Assembly (NCBI GenBank): GCA_965644495.1
Contig: CBFFSA010000001.1
Coordinates: 2,976,001 to 3,040,000, forward strand
Origin: Perkinsela sp. CCAP 1560/9
Lineage: Eukaryota > Protista > Euglenozoa: Kinetoplastea
Reading direction: 5' to 3'
Length of the DNA stretch: 64,000 nucleotides
The notes beneath the pieces are model-generated. The model ran no database searches and was not told where the DNA came from. It saw nothing but the letters and a program-made list of their open reading frames with translations. Shown here piece by piece: positions 32,162-43,468 of the stretch (position 1 is the stretch's first letter; each line of letters begins with the position of its first letter). A program made the translations under genes and the position numbers.

Positions 32162-33115
32162 CTATTTGGCGGACCTGTTGCCAGGAACAGCAGTGCCTTG
32201 TAATTTACAATTTAACATTGAGTATGGATCGGGTATCTTGTGTTTCATTTCAGTATCGTTGTTTCGTGAGCTTCGCGCTTGCAAGTTGTAAAACTCTACT
32301 TGCACCTTCGTGTCTAGGTCGGATTGCTTCTTATGTATTACCTGGCTTACATGTTGCATGACGTCTCCTCTCCAAGTGCGTGTGGAAGCTGGGCCTTGAT
32401 CCTGCAATGGAATAACGCTGTCTTGAAGACACTTGATCAAATCAACGATTAACTTTGGAAACGAAATGCAGCTGTCACACAGAAACAAAAGGTGATGCAC
32501 TGCGTCATTGTTAATGTTGGTGCGCAATAGCGTAGAAACTTGCTCAACGAGCATTGCCTCTATTTTGTATCGCATGAATCCGTCCTGTGAAGCAAGTTTA
32601 TCTGGGGGAATTGGTGCATTTTCTACAGCGTCAATAACTACGTCTGCCCAATCCCAAGATGCGGATAATCTCTCTCGAAGGATGTCCAAGCATTGGTAGG
32701 TCGCATCGGCTACAGTAAAAATTTTGTTCGACTCTTCCTCACTTTCATCAGCTTTTTCATTTCCTGTGTCAGGGAAACGTACATTCAGTAAACCAAAATT
32801 AGAATTCGGATCCGTATGAGCCTGCAAGACTGCAAGGGCTATAGCAACACAGTGTAAATAAACCTCTTCACAAATTTCTGTAAGATCCAGTTCTTCGTTG
32901 AACTTCTGTAAAAATCGTGAAAGACGAAGCAGGGTATGATATCGAATAGGGGAATGGTTCAAAAAATTATCAACATCCCAATAGGCAAGGTGTCGAATAC
33001 ACTTCCTTAGTATATTCTTATCAATAGTGGTTTCCATAAGCATTTTTTTGTTTTCTTCGTTTTTTGGAGCGCAGAGATTCAAGCAACGGAGAACGTAGTT
33101 AATTTCAGCTTCCAT
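32162..33115 (-). CDS. Hypothetical protein (predicted helical)
   Basis: 317-aa ATG ORF on the cluster strand; no recognised domain. Confidence 0.6.
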   Translation of the reverse strand: MEAEINYVLRCLNLCAPKNEENKKMLMETTIDKNILRKCIRHLAYWDVDNFLNHSPIRYHTLLRLSRFLQKFNEELDLTEICEEVYLHCVAIALAVLQAHTDPNSNFGLLNVRFPDTGNEKADESEEESNKIFTVADATYQCLDILRERLSASWDWADVVIDAVENAPIPPDKLASQDGFMRYKIEAMLVEQVSTLLRTNINNDAVHHLLFLCDSCISFPKLIVDLIKCLQDSVIPLQDQGPASTRTWRGDVMQHVSQVIHKKQSDLDTKVQVEFYNLQARSSRNNDTEMKHKIPDPYSMLNCKLQGTAVPGNRSAK

Positions 33116-34069
33116 TCTGGACTTAAATTATTAATACTTTTCAACTCACACGTACATTGGATTGTCCAAATTCACTCTTACATAAATTGTTTAAAGTGCT
33201 TTATGTATTATAAATCTCCGGCCAAAATAAGGCACCGTCCTCTAAAATCCAAATGCTTCGCTTGTTTTATCTAATTTTTGTAGCATTTTATAGATCTCAA
33301 CACAAAGAGTTTGCGCGTTAAGAAACGGAACAAGAAATCTCAAATGCATACGTTTGAAACGTCGGAACATTGCATTTTTAAGCCCTTAAAAATAAAAAAA
33401 AACGCCCTCGTAAACGAAAAACTCTTCTCCCCTCTGAGAAATTCAACTTTAGGGTATTAGGGGAAATTTAACTTTAGGGGTATTATTGCGGGGGTTGTTT
33501 ACCACCTCTTCCTCTCTCTTCTTTATGGTATCTTAAAAACCTGGGTCCCGGGATTTGAGCCCAGGTAGTCCGAGCCCAGGTAAGACATGCAGTTCAGAAT
33601 CTGGTGGTTACTTTTTCACAACATGCGAGCCTGAGCCATACGTTGTTAGTGGGAAACAATTTGCGAAGGGGTGGGCATGGCGAGGGCCCGCATGAGTAGT
33701 TCCTACGTAGAAGAGTATCCGAAACGAAAATATAGACCACAGTAATAACCCTAGGAACGCAACACGCGTGAAGTCCATTCTAAAAAAGAAAGAACAGACA
33801 CGAGAATCTAAGTACTATCATAGTACTTTGGCACATAGTCTATGTGCAACCACGAAGATGATAAACTGTTGTGGACACCGCGTCGTACGCTGGGACACGT
33901 CCACCGCCGTACACAGAAACCAACTACAGAAGAAATCACGGTGAAAGTGAAGCATTATTGCGCCAAAAAAAAATTCTAATATTGGTTTAAAACAAATACA
34001 TGTATGTATTCTTTTGGAGTGTGCCAGATTATTACAAACACAACCTGTTTTATCACTATGAACTGCGCA

Positions 34070-34386
34070 CAACACAATTAATTAAGTTGTCTGCTGGAAG
34101 CCGAACCGTAGCGCGCACTGATTGCTGGCGAGCGAGTCGCTCGCTGGGAAACGACTTGCGGCATGAGACAGTTTATCATCGACCTTCTTTGGTGCACACC
34201 AACACTGTTGAACGCATGAATGAGATGCTCAAGAAAGCAGTACAATCCCGTCGGAATGGGACCCTTGGGTGCCTTGATGAAGAAAGAAAAGATCGACCGA
34301 AGTTCAGCGGAGAACTTGTCAATGATCTGAAGATCGGAAATAGCGCGGGAAACCCTTTAAGAAGGTGTGAGAAGATCTCTAATTAA
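34070..34386 (+). pseudogene. Merlin/IS1595-type transposase remnant (C-terminal half)
   Basis: RTDCWRA...LRHETVYH...VHTNTVE.MN..LK matches the Merlin pattern SD.W.AY...H.TVNH...HT..IE. Confidence 0.7.
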
Positions 34387-35369
34387 TATGCAGTCACAGC
34401 TTTTTAGAAGTGAAATCAAAAGAAATAAGTAGTAGCGGTCCATAAACCTAAAAAAATGTCTTCATTTATTTTTTTCAAAAAAGGCGCAATAATGCTTCAC
34501 TTTGGCCGAAATCACTTATCCTACACATGCGAAACGAATGAAACCAATGGATATTGAAAAAGCAAGATTTTTAATGAAATCGTGGACTTCACGGGCACTT
34601 CCGTGAGTTTTAGCGATACCTTGATGATTTGTCAGGGATGTGCTTACGTGTCAGACCCTGAATCATCGAAAGGTCAATCTCATCATCGAAGGTGATTTTA
34701 TGTGCTTCTCAGCCGAAAAAAGTACACAATATATTTTTTGAACCCAACTGTGAGCGTAGCCCACGTTTGCGAGTAAGGCCCCCATTTTCGAGCAAAGCCC
34801 AACTGTGAGCGCAGCCTTGGGACAGAATTATATTTTTTCGCGCCCCCGCGAGCTCTGAGAACCTATGCCTGCCACTTCTGCAGGATTGTGTATTTAATCT
34901 GCGACATAAGATGTGCTAACTGAGTGTATCGGTGTTGTTTTTGAGATCTACGATATTTGTGGCCTGCAAGGAGGAGAGTTGTATTTTTCGGATCGGTGAT
35001 ACTAGCAAGGTACAAATGCCATGTAAGCGCTTCTACCCTTCTTCTCATTGTTTTTAGTTTCATGAATTACGAAGAGGATGGTGCGCGCGAAAAACAGGCT
35101 CTTTTAAAGAGCCTTTATTTTCTTGTGGACAGTGAAGTGCTGCGAAGTCGTGAAGCTAACACACCGTCCGAAGATGAAGATACGCCACCTCCCAGTAGGA
35201 GGCTCCTACATAGTTACGAACTCCTGGTTCGTGGGCGGACAGAATTTTTAGTCCGCTGGTCGGTGCTGATGCCACGACACGCGCGTTGCTTTCAGTGGAA
35301 CGTTTGTGCACGTGTTGCGCTGGGTTTACGTCTGTGCGTGGGTGGCAATCTTACGATTCCATCCTGGCG

Positions 35370-35842
35370 GACAGTGCGCAGAACAATGGATATCTCACCA
35401 CGGCTTATTAGATCCCCCGTCTTGTGTTATTCATGGTCGTGAGATGATGCGCGACGTCCCTGGACGATCTGACATCCAGGTTTGCCGATTTCACGAATTC
35501 TCAACAAATCCCTGTCGATTGAAGCGTGGGAAATACGAACCCTATGTTTCTTCTCGAATGAAACTTGACGCAGGGAAGTTGTTGCGAGTTTGGGCGGACA
35601 TCGCGGACAATTTGGCTGCCGGTCAAACTGTTCGTAATCGTTGCATTCACCGGAAAGTGATGACGAGATTGTTGCAAGATTTGGGGAATGCAGCGCTTCA
35701 CCAGGATGAAAATACCGTGTACACTTTCTCACGTCTCCAGATGGATGAAACTCTCCCAGGAAAACGAAAATACCAACGAGGAAGACTCACCCGAAAAACG
35801 TATGTGGTTTCTGAATGTCCTCGTTCACATTTCACGGTTTGA
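35370..35842 (+). pseudogene. Merlin transposase remnant (N-terminal half)
   Basis: W...HGLL....C..HG..M zinc-ribbon start and LQMDETLPGKRKYQRGR (Merlin VEIDES.FGKRKY.RGR). Confidence 0.75.
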
Positions 35843-36723
35843 GCTATTAGTTTAGGCCCCCTGAGCCATAAAATGCAGTGACCTGCATCCCAGGAGTCAA
35901 CTTTGCTCATGACAATGCTCTTAGCACAAGAAATATCCGGGCATCCTGCGCAAACCGGAGTAAAATTTTCCTAAGTCATGCGGGAGGAGCGCTTGTAAGA
36001 CAAAAATGAACATAATTATGCTAAGAAACGATGTCTAACGCTTTTACGAGACAAAAAAAAATGGAAGTGTTAAAAAATTGGGCGAAAAGAATTATTTTTT
36101 GTGCAATATTGGGTTAATTTCACCGTCTTTTCTACTATTTGCATTTTTTTGGATTTGTATTTTTTCCCTTCTTTATAAATCAGAATGAATCGTGTAAATT
36201 TGTACGAGCTCCAGCGTGAAACACATGCCGACATTATCACAGATGCAGGACACTATACCTGTCCCTGGGCAGCGATTCAGATGATGAAAACGAGTCGTCA
36301 GACAAAGCTGAAACAGCTGATGCTCTGCACATAGAAAAACACAGCCGATGCTCTGCACATATTCTGAAAATATATCCGAGAATGCATACACTGTATGATG
36401 AATCTGAAGCGAGCTGTAGTGAGAGTTCCTCTAGCAGTGCCGAAGACGATACTACCAATACAGCTGTCATTAACGTTCTAAAACGAAACTGGACATTTTA
36501 AAAGCCATTCTTGGGTCATGCGCAAGTCTGCGAGAGCTCTCCAATGCGATGCTACTCTCGGGCCTACGGTATACACTAGATGTATCACTAGATACAAAGA
36601 ATAGTTTGGTGCAGGGAGGTTAATCCACCTCATCAAACACGTTTTTGTTGCAAAAGAGAGTTCCTGTTTCATTACGAGCTCTTTTGTAAGTGACTTTATC
36701 TACAGTATCATGTTTTTGTGTTG

Positions 36724-37941
36724 TCATTTCTTGACAGTTTCTTTTGTCATTCCTTCTACTCTTCTCTGTAAAAACAAAAGCTTTCTTTTGTCATCTCCAG
36801 AAATCCATGATTTTTCCAGTAATTTCTGCATTTCTTCTTGTACCTTTGTCTGTTCCCGTTGGTGCTTTTCCTTTACATCTTCGGGGACATTTTCAAGCGA
36901 ATGTTCATATTTGTTTAGTGCGGCACCATATTTACACCACTTTAAAAAGGCAGAAGTCACTGAATTGATATTTTCCTTGCATGCTATACGTGTCGGCGCC
37001 TCAGGAAACGTTGTCTGCACTTCACGTACAGAAGTTTCTTCCGGTTTAGCGAGCCGGTCCTTCCCTATTTCGCTATTTTCTGAGGTTGGCGTATTCGTTG
37101 TCAACGTGTTCTCCTGTAACGATAGTGTCTCTTGGTCGTGGGTTATTAGCGTATGTCGACGTAAATTCGAGAGGCTATCAAAGAAAGTATCGCACGTCGG
37201 GCATTTGAGAGGTAAAATTTGCAACACTTCCGCTATCTGAGAAAGTCTCGGGTACACTTCGTTACCATCCACTTTCAATGATTTATCGTCCAAGCATTGA
37301 AAATACTTCTTATTGTAAATCAAACTCCACAAGTAAGATGCGGATTCTGGGACGTGTTCGAGCTCACTGCTCAGTATATGAAGCTGCGTCGAGCTCCCTT
37401 TCCCATGTACTGCAAGAAAACCTACCCTATATCCTACTCCCGACTTTGATGCGTACGATGACATAAACTCAGCCACTTCCTCTGCCGTCACAAATGATGC
37501 ATCGTCACCTAGTTGTAGATCTTCCACTGACAAATTTTCTTTCTTGGCGTACAACTCCGCATAATTAAGAGTAGGATACCGTTCAAGGAGGGCTTGAGCA
37601 GCGGAAATCGCGCTGTAACGGTCAATAAACCTGCTAACTTGTTGCCGTAAAGTTCTGTGGTAAGCACTTATACTCCGCACGGGCTTCTGGGGTAACACGA
37701 CAACGTGAACGAAAGCCCACTTACAGGGATGCATGACAAAAACAGTCTCATCTGAAAACGCAATCACAGTCTCCGGAGTGATAGGCACTTGTAGTTGAGG
37801 AAATAGAGGCCCCACATGCATGTGAATTGGTGTTCCTTTTTCGTTCAATAGAGAAACTTGCTGCGTGTCTTCGTCAGTGAATTGTAGTGTGTCATCTACC
37901 TCCGTGGCCTGCGTATCTCGGGATCGCTTTGTACCAGTCAT
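36724..37941 (-). CDS. Aprataxin-like HIT + C2H2 zinc-finger protein with degenerate HIT motif
   Basis: VHVVVLP, YRVGFLAV, TQLHILSSE, LWS.IYNKKYF and LPLKCPTCDTFF.SLSNLRRH follow the aprataxin motif order. Confidence 0.7.
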   Translation of the reverse strand: MTGTKRSRDTQATEVDDTLQFTDEDTQQVSLLNEKGTPIHMHVGPLFPQLQVPITPETVIAFSDETVFVMHPCKWAFVHVVVLPQKPVRSISAYHRTLRQQVSRFIDRYSAISAAQALLERYPTLNYAELYAKKENLSVEDLQLGDDASFVTAEEVAEFMSSYASKSGVGYRVGFLAVHGKGSSTQLHILSSELEHVPESASYLWSLIYNKKYFQCLDDKSLKVDGNEVYPRLSQIAEVLQILPLKCPTCDTFFDSLSNLRRHTLITHDQETLSLQENTLTTNTPTSENSEIGKDRLAKPEETSVREVQTTFPEAPTRIACKENINSVTSAFLKWCKYGAALNKYEHSLENVPEDVKEKHQREQTKVQEEMQKLLEKSWISGDDKRKLLFLQRRVEGMTKETVKK

Positions 37942-38230
37942 AATGAGTAGTTCAATTACGGAAGTTCAATTATGGAGCGATCCCCAAGATCTACCTTATG
38001 GCAATTTTTTATAGTACTTGTACAGAGTCTTTGGACAAGGTGAGAGCCTACCTCATGATTTCTAAAACCAATTTTAAAACTAAAATTTCAAGAATTCGTA
38101 AGTTTTATGCAACGTTATTCCGATATAATGTAAGCTTCTTACAAAAAGAATTCCGAACACTTGAAATTTACTGAAAAATTATTTCCTCCAATTTCACAAG
38201 TTATTACCTCCCCAAACCAAACCTACCCCC

Positions 38231-39169
38231 CTACACCACCTCTTCCGTCGACACCATCCTATTCCCCTTCTCCTCACTCTTTGAAGACCACGGCGGGTTC
38301 TGTACCGCCATCTTTCCATACCCCGGATCATTCTCAATACGATACGGTAGTGCACTAAACGGCACCGTCTGATAACTCACTCCGGCCTCCTCCATCACCA
38401 CACTCCGCACCACCCCCCCACTCGACCCATCCCTTGCAATGGCATGGGCGACCGCGTGGTGGGCGAACCCTACTGCCTGTTCCTTTGTCATCCCTTTCTT
38501 ATAATGTTCACCGACCCAGGCATACAAGTAACTCGACCCGCTCCCCCCAAGCGCGTAGTCCTGGGCAATCAGCGACCCCCCGAGGGGAATCGTGTAGACC
38601 TGACCGCCATTGACCCGGTCGTACCCACACACGAGTATCCCGGCCATAATACGAGATCGGTGACGGTAACATAAAAGTTGAGTCACCCGAGCCGCCGTTT
38701 TAACTAAGGTGCAATACTCATATTTTCTATTCTTGTTATCCGTTTCTTTTTTATGTTCATTGCTGTTCTTTTCTTTATTTTCAATATTTTCATGACTTTC
38801 TATTTTTTCACCCTCCACTCTCCCCCCGTTTCGTTCCTTCATTTCTTTTTCTTTTAAGTAGTGTGCCACGGCATGGGCGATGGCTTGGGTGTCGGCAGCG
38901 GAGCCGGAACGACCACAGTAGATGGACTCGGATAGTTTTGTGCATTTATTCGACACACGGTTCACGACGTAGGACCCCGAGGAGGTGCGGGAGTCCGCGG
39001 CCAGGACCGCACCCCCGGGGTAGGCCACCGCCAGCAGGGTGGTCCCCATGGACACGGGATGGCCGCAGGGATGGGGGGAGGGGAGAGAGGAAGGGGAAGA
39101 GATGTCGGAAGAGTACTCGCGGAGGTAGTGGGGGTCCATACGGAGGAGGCTGGGGTCGTGGGTGAGCAT
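38231..39169 (-). CDS. PSMB6: 20S proteasome subunit beta-1
   Basis: Propeptide then GTTLLAV...ADSRTSSGSYVVNRV..K, RSGSAADTQ, GGSGSSY and RDGSSGGVVR. Kinetoplastid-like tail PY..E.DP.Y...A.QN.P.SS. Confidence 0.93.
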   Translation of the reverse strand: MLTHDPSLLRMDPHYLREYSSDISSPSSLPSPHPCGHPVSMGTTLLAVAYPGGAVLAADSRTSSGSYVVNRVSNKCTKLSESIYCGRSGSAADTQAIAHAVAHYLKEKEMKERNGGRVEGEKIESHENIENKEKNSNEHKKETDNKNRKYEYCTLVKTAARVTQLLCYRHRSRIMAGILVCGYDRVNGGQVYTIPLGGSLIAQDYALGGSGSSYLYAWVGEHYKKGMTKEQAVGFAHHAVAHAIARDGSSGGVVRSVVMEEAGVSYQTVPFSALPYRIENDPGYGKMAVQNPPWSSKSEEKGNRMVSTEEVV

Positions 39170-39538
39170 GGGGAAGGTCGGGGAGGTAAAAATTTGCGAA
39201 CTGGGTAGGGTAAACTAGGAAGAAGAGGGATATAGAGAGATAGTCGTGAAAATGTGTGACAAAACGTCAAAACGAGACCTGAAATTGAAGGAAGTATAAA
39301 AATTGAGTGACGCGCATGCAGAGCTGTACTGATCACTTATGGTTTTGATTGCCTATTAGATCACACCATGAAATGTCTCTCTCATAATTATGATTAACAG
39401 TTACTTTATGTCACAGTATATCAACTTCAAAACCAATCGACTACGTATCAATTCACTATTATCAAGAAATCTTATCCCACCTGTAAACTTAACCATTCCT
39501 CCTCTGCACCCCAAAATCCTCATTCTATTTTCCCTTTC

Positions 39539-41008
39539 CTATTTTTTCCGAATCACAAACAGCAATGCGCCTGCAATCACTGCCCCCAACACCCCATACA
39601 GGCACAGCTCCACGGTATCCGCGGAGATCCCCCAAATCGTGTCCTCCGCCTCCTCCTCCCTCTTATCCTCCCCCTCCTTCTCCTGTGGCGGTTTGTTCAC
39701 CACGGAGGCGGGATCAAAGTAGGGGTTGATGTAAACCACGGGGCGACCGCCCGGGGTCACCGGGTTCCCAGGACCCACCCCGGAGGAATAGGGCCCATTG
39801 GGGGGGAAATACGGGTGCATCCCTGTTGGGTGGTTCCAATGCGTATGGGGATACCCTCCACTCCCCTCATTTAGACCATACCCCCCGGAAGGGGCATTTC
39901 CTACAACGGGGGGAGGCCCCCGGGGGTGTAGGCCCACAACGTTTTGTGGTGCAGCACGACTCGAGGGGGCTACGCCAGATTGTGTGGCTCCCCCACCCCC
40001 GGTAGTACTCGGGGGATTGGCTTTTTGTTGTTTCATCCACTCCGGCTCCCCCTCAATGTGAAGATTGTGACACTGGGGTCCAAACTCACACACCCCGACG
40101 CGGAAATACACACATACCGCGGGGGTATCTTGTGCCGTTTTCGCCTTATTTTGATTGGTCTCTACTTTCTTTTTCAGCTCTGCCATGGTTTCCTCTGAAA
40201 TCCCACAATTCTTCGCCCGCACCTCCACGAGCTGTGGTTTCCGCTCCACGAGCGCACAGAGGCTCTTTCCCACCTCCTCCCCGAGTGCATTGTCACACAA
40301 ATCCAGACTCGCAACCCTGGGATGGTCCCCGAGGGCTCGAATCAGTGCGCTCCACCCAATTTCACTCCCCGCTGTGTTTTGAATCGTCACGACACGAATG
40401 GATTGGTTGCGGGTTAACACGTGACTGATCGCGAGCAACTCCTCATCGGTGATTTTATATTCGTCAGGGTTAGGTTTCGTTTGGGGTTGTCGTGGTGTGG
40501 GGGATACGGTTTCCTTTGCCGTTTCTTCGTGGGTCATCACCTCTTCCTCGTTTGTCACCACCATCTCCTCCTCCTCCTTCTTTACCTTCCCGTCAAACAA
40601 CCGCACGGCACTAATCGCGTCGTGATGGATCTCACTGAGTAGCGTTCGTAGATTACTCTCGCGGTCGTTTAACCCATAACTCGAGTGGTAGCACGGGACA
40701 CCGAGGTGGGAGGCGGCACGGCCCGCGGCGTGTCGCGCGTTGGTGAAACGGCGCGGCGGTCGCAGCGGCTCCGAGAGGTACTGCGGGGAGATGCGAGCCC
40801 CGTCGGAGAGGGCGCGGGCGGCGGGGGAGGGGGAGGGGGGAGGGGGGGTGGCGGGAGAACTACTCGTACTGGAACCTGGGGTAGGAAGAAGAGGGGTCGT
40901 GGAACCGGGGATGGGGTCGTGGAGAGGCACTTGACGCATGCCGACACGACGGGAACGACGACGGGTGCGGTCGGTGACGCCTTTGGTGGTGTCGGAATCG
41001 GGGTCCAT
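39539..41008 (-). CDS. RI-type LRR + CCCH zinc finger protein with C-terminal TM anchor
   Basis: LRRs (VASLDLCDNALGEE.G..L), CVYFRVGVCEFGPQCHNLH, and a C-terminal hydrophobic helix followed by RKK. Confidence 0.75.
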   Translation of the reverse strand: MDPDSDTTKGVTDRTRRRSRRVGMRQVPLHDPIPGSTTPLLPTPGSSTSSSPATPPPPSPSPAARALSDGARISPQYLSEPLRPPRRFTNARHAAGRAASHLGVPCYHSSYGLNDRESNLRTLLSEIHHDAISAVRLFDGKVKKEEEEMVVTNEEEVMTHEETAKETVSPTPRQPQTKPNPDEYKITDEELLAISHVLTRNQSIRVVTIQNTAGSEIGWSALIRALGDHPRVASLDLCDNALGEEVGKSLCALVERKPQLVEVRAKNCGISEETMAELKKKVETNQNKAKTAQDTPAVCVYFRVGVCEFGPQCHNLHIEGEPEWMKQQKANPPSTTGGGGATQSGVAPSSRAAPQNVVGLHPRGPPPVVGNAPSGGYGLNEGSGGYPHTHWNHPTGMHPYFPPNGPYSSGVGPGNPVTPGGRPVVYINPYFDPASVVNKPPQEKEGEDKREEEAEDTIWGISADTVELCLYGVLGAVIAGALLFVIRKK

Positions 41009-41450
41009 GGAGGAGTGGGCTGGCAGAGGGTAAGAATAGAGAAAGGGAAAGTGGAAAAAAAGGAGAATGTTAAGGAAAAATTAAGGCGTAGAAATGCATG
41101 GGTAGTGCGGGTCTGAGAAGGGTGCTTTCAGGGGTGCGGGCTGAATTTAGAAAACTAAAGCAGGTTTAAATGTCGGATGAAGAAATTTTTTATTGGGGTC
41201 GCGTTTTTCAGCTTTCCTCTGATTTGTCTTTTATTTTTTAACTTTTTCAATAAAGTTGCCAAATACATGTACATGCCTTGGAGTGTGGGATCGTCAAAAA
41301 TGTTCTTTGTGTACACGTTACATGTACCTGCGTACATCTTTACATTCTCTGATCATTTTTTAAATGTCATTCGCAATGTTCACCTATACACACCTGGTTC
41401 CTATCGTACCCCATACCCTCCTATTCTCAATAGACATACTGAACATGAAA

Positions 41451-42461
41451 CTACTCCACCACCTTCTTCTTGTAACAAGAGCGCATCTCCTCCACAAGCT
41501 TCGCGTGGTCCACATTCTTGGTAAGCTGCGCGGCACGGGCGTAGATATCAAAAATCCGCTCATCCCCATTGTACTCATGCACGACCCGGGACCACGCCTC
41601 GAGGGTATCCAAACTCTTACACTTGCGAATTTCCTCCGAGGAAATCGCCCGGGAGGGGTCAACATCATCCCGGAGCTGGGCGCACTCTTTTTCGAGCTCC
41701 GGGGTCCAGTTCGAGGCCTTCGCCTCCTCGGCGTGGTCCCTCTCCACCTGGTCCACCACCTCCAACATCTCCTTCCGCGCCTCCGCGTCATTCGCCGCGA
41801 CCGTCTGGAAATCATCATAGTACACAATATGGTACTTCTCCGGGAGCCATGCCATCAGCCGCTCACTGATCTCATTCCGGTCATACGGGTGCAGCTCCGT
41901 GTTCAAATTCCACCGCGTCTTCTCCCGCAACGACGACGGCGAGCCCCCGGGGAGGATATCCAGCCGGTTATCCTCCGCGACCTCATTCGCCCGGATACAC
42001 TTCACGTACTTCATCTCGGCCTGGACGTGCTCCTCATCCGCGATGCGGGCCAGCATGCTGTCCTCGACCTCGGGGCCGCGCGCGGCGTACCTCCCCTCGC
42101 GGAGGAGCGCCTGGGAGCGGGCCACGACGTTGGCCTGCTTCTCCAGCCGCAGCCGCGTCTCGTTGCCGAACTCCTTGCGGTTGAGGCCGGGGTTCATGCG
42201 GTCCGCGTCGAAGAGGAGGCACTCGTAGGTGGAGAGGAAGGTGAGGGGGGGGAACCAGGTGAGGATGTCGCGGACCTCCTCGGGGGGGCGGTGGACGGGT
42301 TTGAGGTGGGCGGGCCTCTCCCCGGTCCAGCGGAACGCGCTGAGGTCGCACTCCATGAGGTGGCCGTACCACCGGTCCGGGTCCCCGGCACGGCCTTGGG
42401 CGAGCAGGGAGGGGGTGGGGCGGAGCAGGGAGGAGAGGGTGCGGCGGAGGAGGGAGGGCAT
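41451..42461 (-). CDS. COX4: Kinetoplastid cytochrome c oxidase subunit IV (trCOIV)
   Basis: DRWYGH, YECLLFDADR.N..LNRKEFGNE, EEHVQAEMKYVKCIRANE.AEDNRLDILPGGSP.SLREKTRWN and WLPEKYHIVY.DDFQTVAAND match trypanosomatid COX IV as recalled. Confidence 0.88.
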   Translation of the reverse strand: MPSLLRRTLSSLLRPTPSLLAQGRAGDPDRWYGHLMECDLSAFRWTGERPAHLKPVHRPPEEVRDILTWFPPLTFLSTYECLLFDADRMNPGLNRKEFGNETRLRLEKQANVVARSQALLREGRYAARGPEVEDSMLARIADEEHVQAEMKYVKCIRANEVAEDNRLDILPGGSPSSLREKTRWNLNTELHPYDRNEISERLMAWLPEKYHIVYYDDFQTVAANDAEARKEMLEVVDQVERDHAEEAKASNWTPELEKECAQLRDDVDPSRAISSEEIRKCKSLDTLEAWSRVVHEYNGDERIFDIYARAAQLTKNVDHAKLVEEMRSCYKKKVVE

Positions 42462-42723
42462 GGAGGGGGGAGGGGAGGGGGTGGATTTGGGGTGGGAAGA
42501 GGGGGTAGATAAAAGAGTAAAGAGAACTTGGAGGATAAAATATGGTTTGGAAAGTGTGGGTTACGAAAAAGAATAAATGTCGTGTATAAAGTGAGTTTGT
42601 TTGATTCTAAAAAGTTTTTTTTTTTGATACTAAACATTTTTTTAAATAGAGAGCTCTTTGTCACGCTTTCGTTACATTCTTGCTTTATGAGGGGAAATTT
42701 CACGGACCTTCCCTTTTCTCCCT

Positions 42724-43218
42724 TTAGTGTTTCACAAACGCTTTGCCTTGCTTCTCTGTGCCCCGCTTGTGTAGCTTAATCACGTTGTAGCGTACCGTCT
42801 TGCTCAGCGGGCGGCATTCCCCAATCACAACCTCATCCCCAACAGCAGGACGAAAGCACGGGGCGCAGTGTACGGCCATGTTCTTGTGGCGCTTCTCGTA
42901 ACGGCCGTACTTCTTCCGGAAGTGCATGTAGTCCCGGCGGACGATAATAGTGCGCTGCATCTTGGCCGAACGCACCACACCACGAAGAATGCGGCCACGA
43001 ATGGAGACTGCGCCCGTGAAGGGGCATTTCTTGTCGACGTAGTGAGACTCAATCGCTTCCTTGGGAACTTTGTAGCCGAGACCAATGTTTTTGAAGTAAC
43101 GACACTTGCCCTTGCGGCCGAGGTGGCTTTTGCTGTCCTCGAAAACGTTTTCCTGCTTCTGGTACGCGCGTTCGGTCTGGTCCGCGTGTTCGGTGGATAC
43201 GACGTATCGTTTTACCAT
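42724..43218 (-). CDS. RPS11: 40S ribosomal protein S11 (uS17)
   Basis: ATG at 43218. [63 protein letters not shown]. Confidence 0.96.
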   Translation of the reverse strand: MVKRYVVSTEHADQTERAYQKQENVFEDSKSHLGRKGKCRYFKNIGLGYKVPKEAIESHYVDKKCPFTGAVSIRGRILRGVVRSAKMQRTIIVRRDYMHFRKKYGRYEKRHKNMAVHCAPCFRPAVGDEVVIGECRPLSKTVRYNVIKLHKRGTEKQGKAFVKH

Positions 43219-43290
43219 TGAAAAAGGGGGTAATTCGAGTAAAGATTCTTGTAAAGACAGCAAAGATGGAAATAAAGGAGTGATTTCTTC
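43219..43290 (-). promoter_or_regulatory. Polypyrimidine tract and AG, putative SL trans-splice acceptor of RPS11
   Basis: The minus strand reads CTCCTTTATTTCCATCTTTGCTGTCTTTACAAG about 30 nt upstream of the ATG. Confidence 0.5.
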
Positions 43291-43468
43291 AAAGGAACAA
43301 ATACTTTTTAATCATCCCGCTTTTTAATCACTTCCAAGGAATGAAAGAAACCTAAACAAAGAGATATTCTAATCCAACTTTGTACATAAGAAATAAAAAT
43401 GTTAATGTCTTGTGTGGCCCATTTTTGCTTGTCCGTCTCGCTTGGAACATCACAAATGGCCTGGAAGG

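Noticed and set aside
33541-33582. tRNA-like B-box (GGCTCAAATCCC on minus)
   Set aside because: No cloverleaf or A-box could be built.
38711-38854. Cis-spliced intron in PSMB6
   Set aside because: The segment is in frame, stop-free and purine-rich, with no pyrimidine tract or well-placed GT-AG.
41364-42512. Long plus-strand ORFs opposite COX4 (and similar ones opposite ADAT1, MCM3 and others)
   Set aside because: These are antisense shadows of GC-rich real genes with no recognisable domains.
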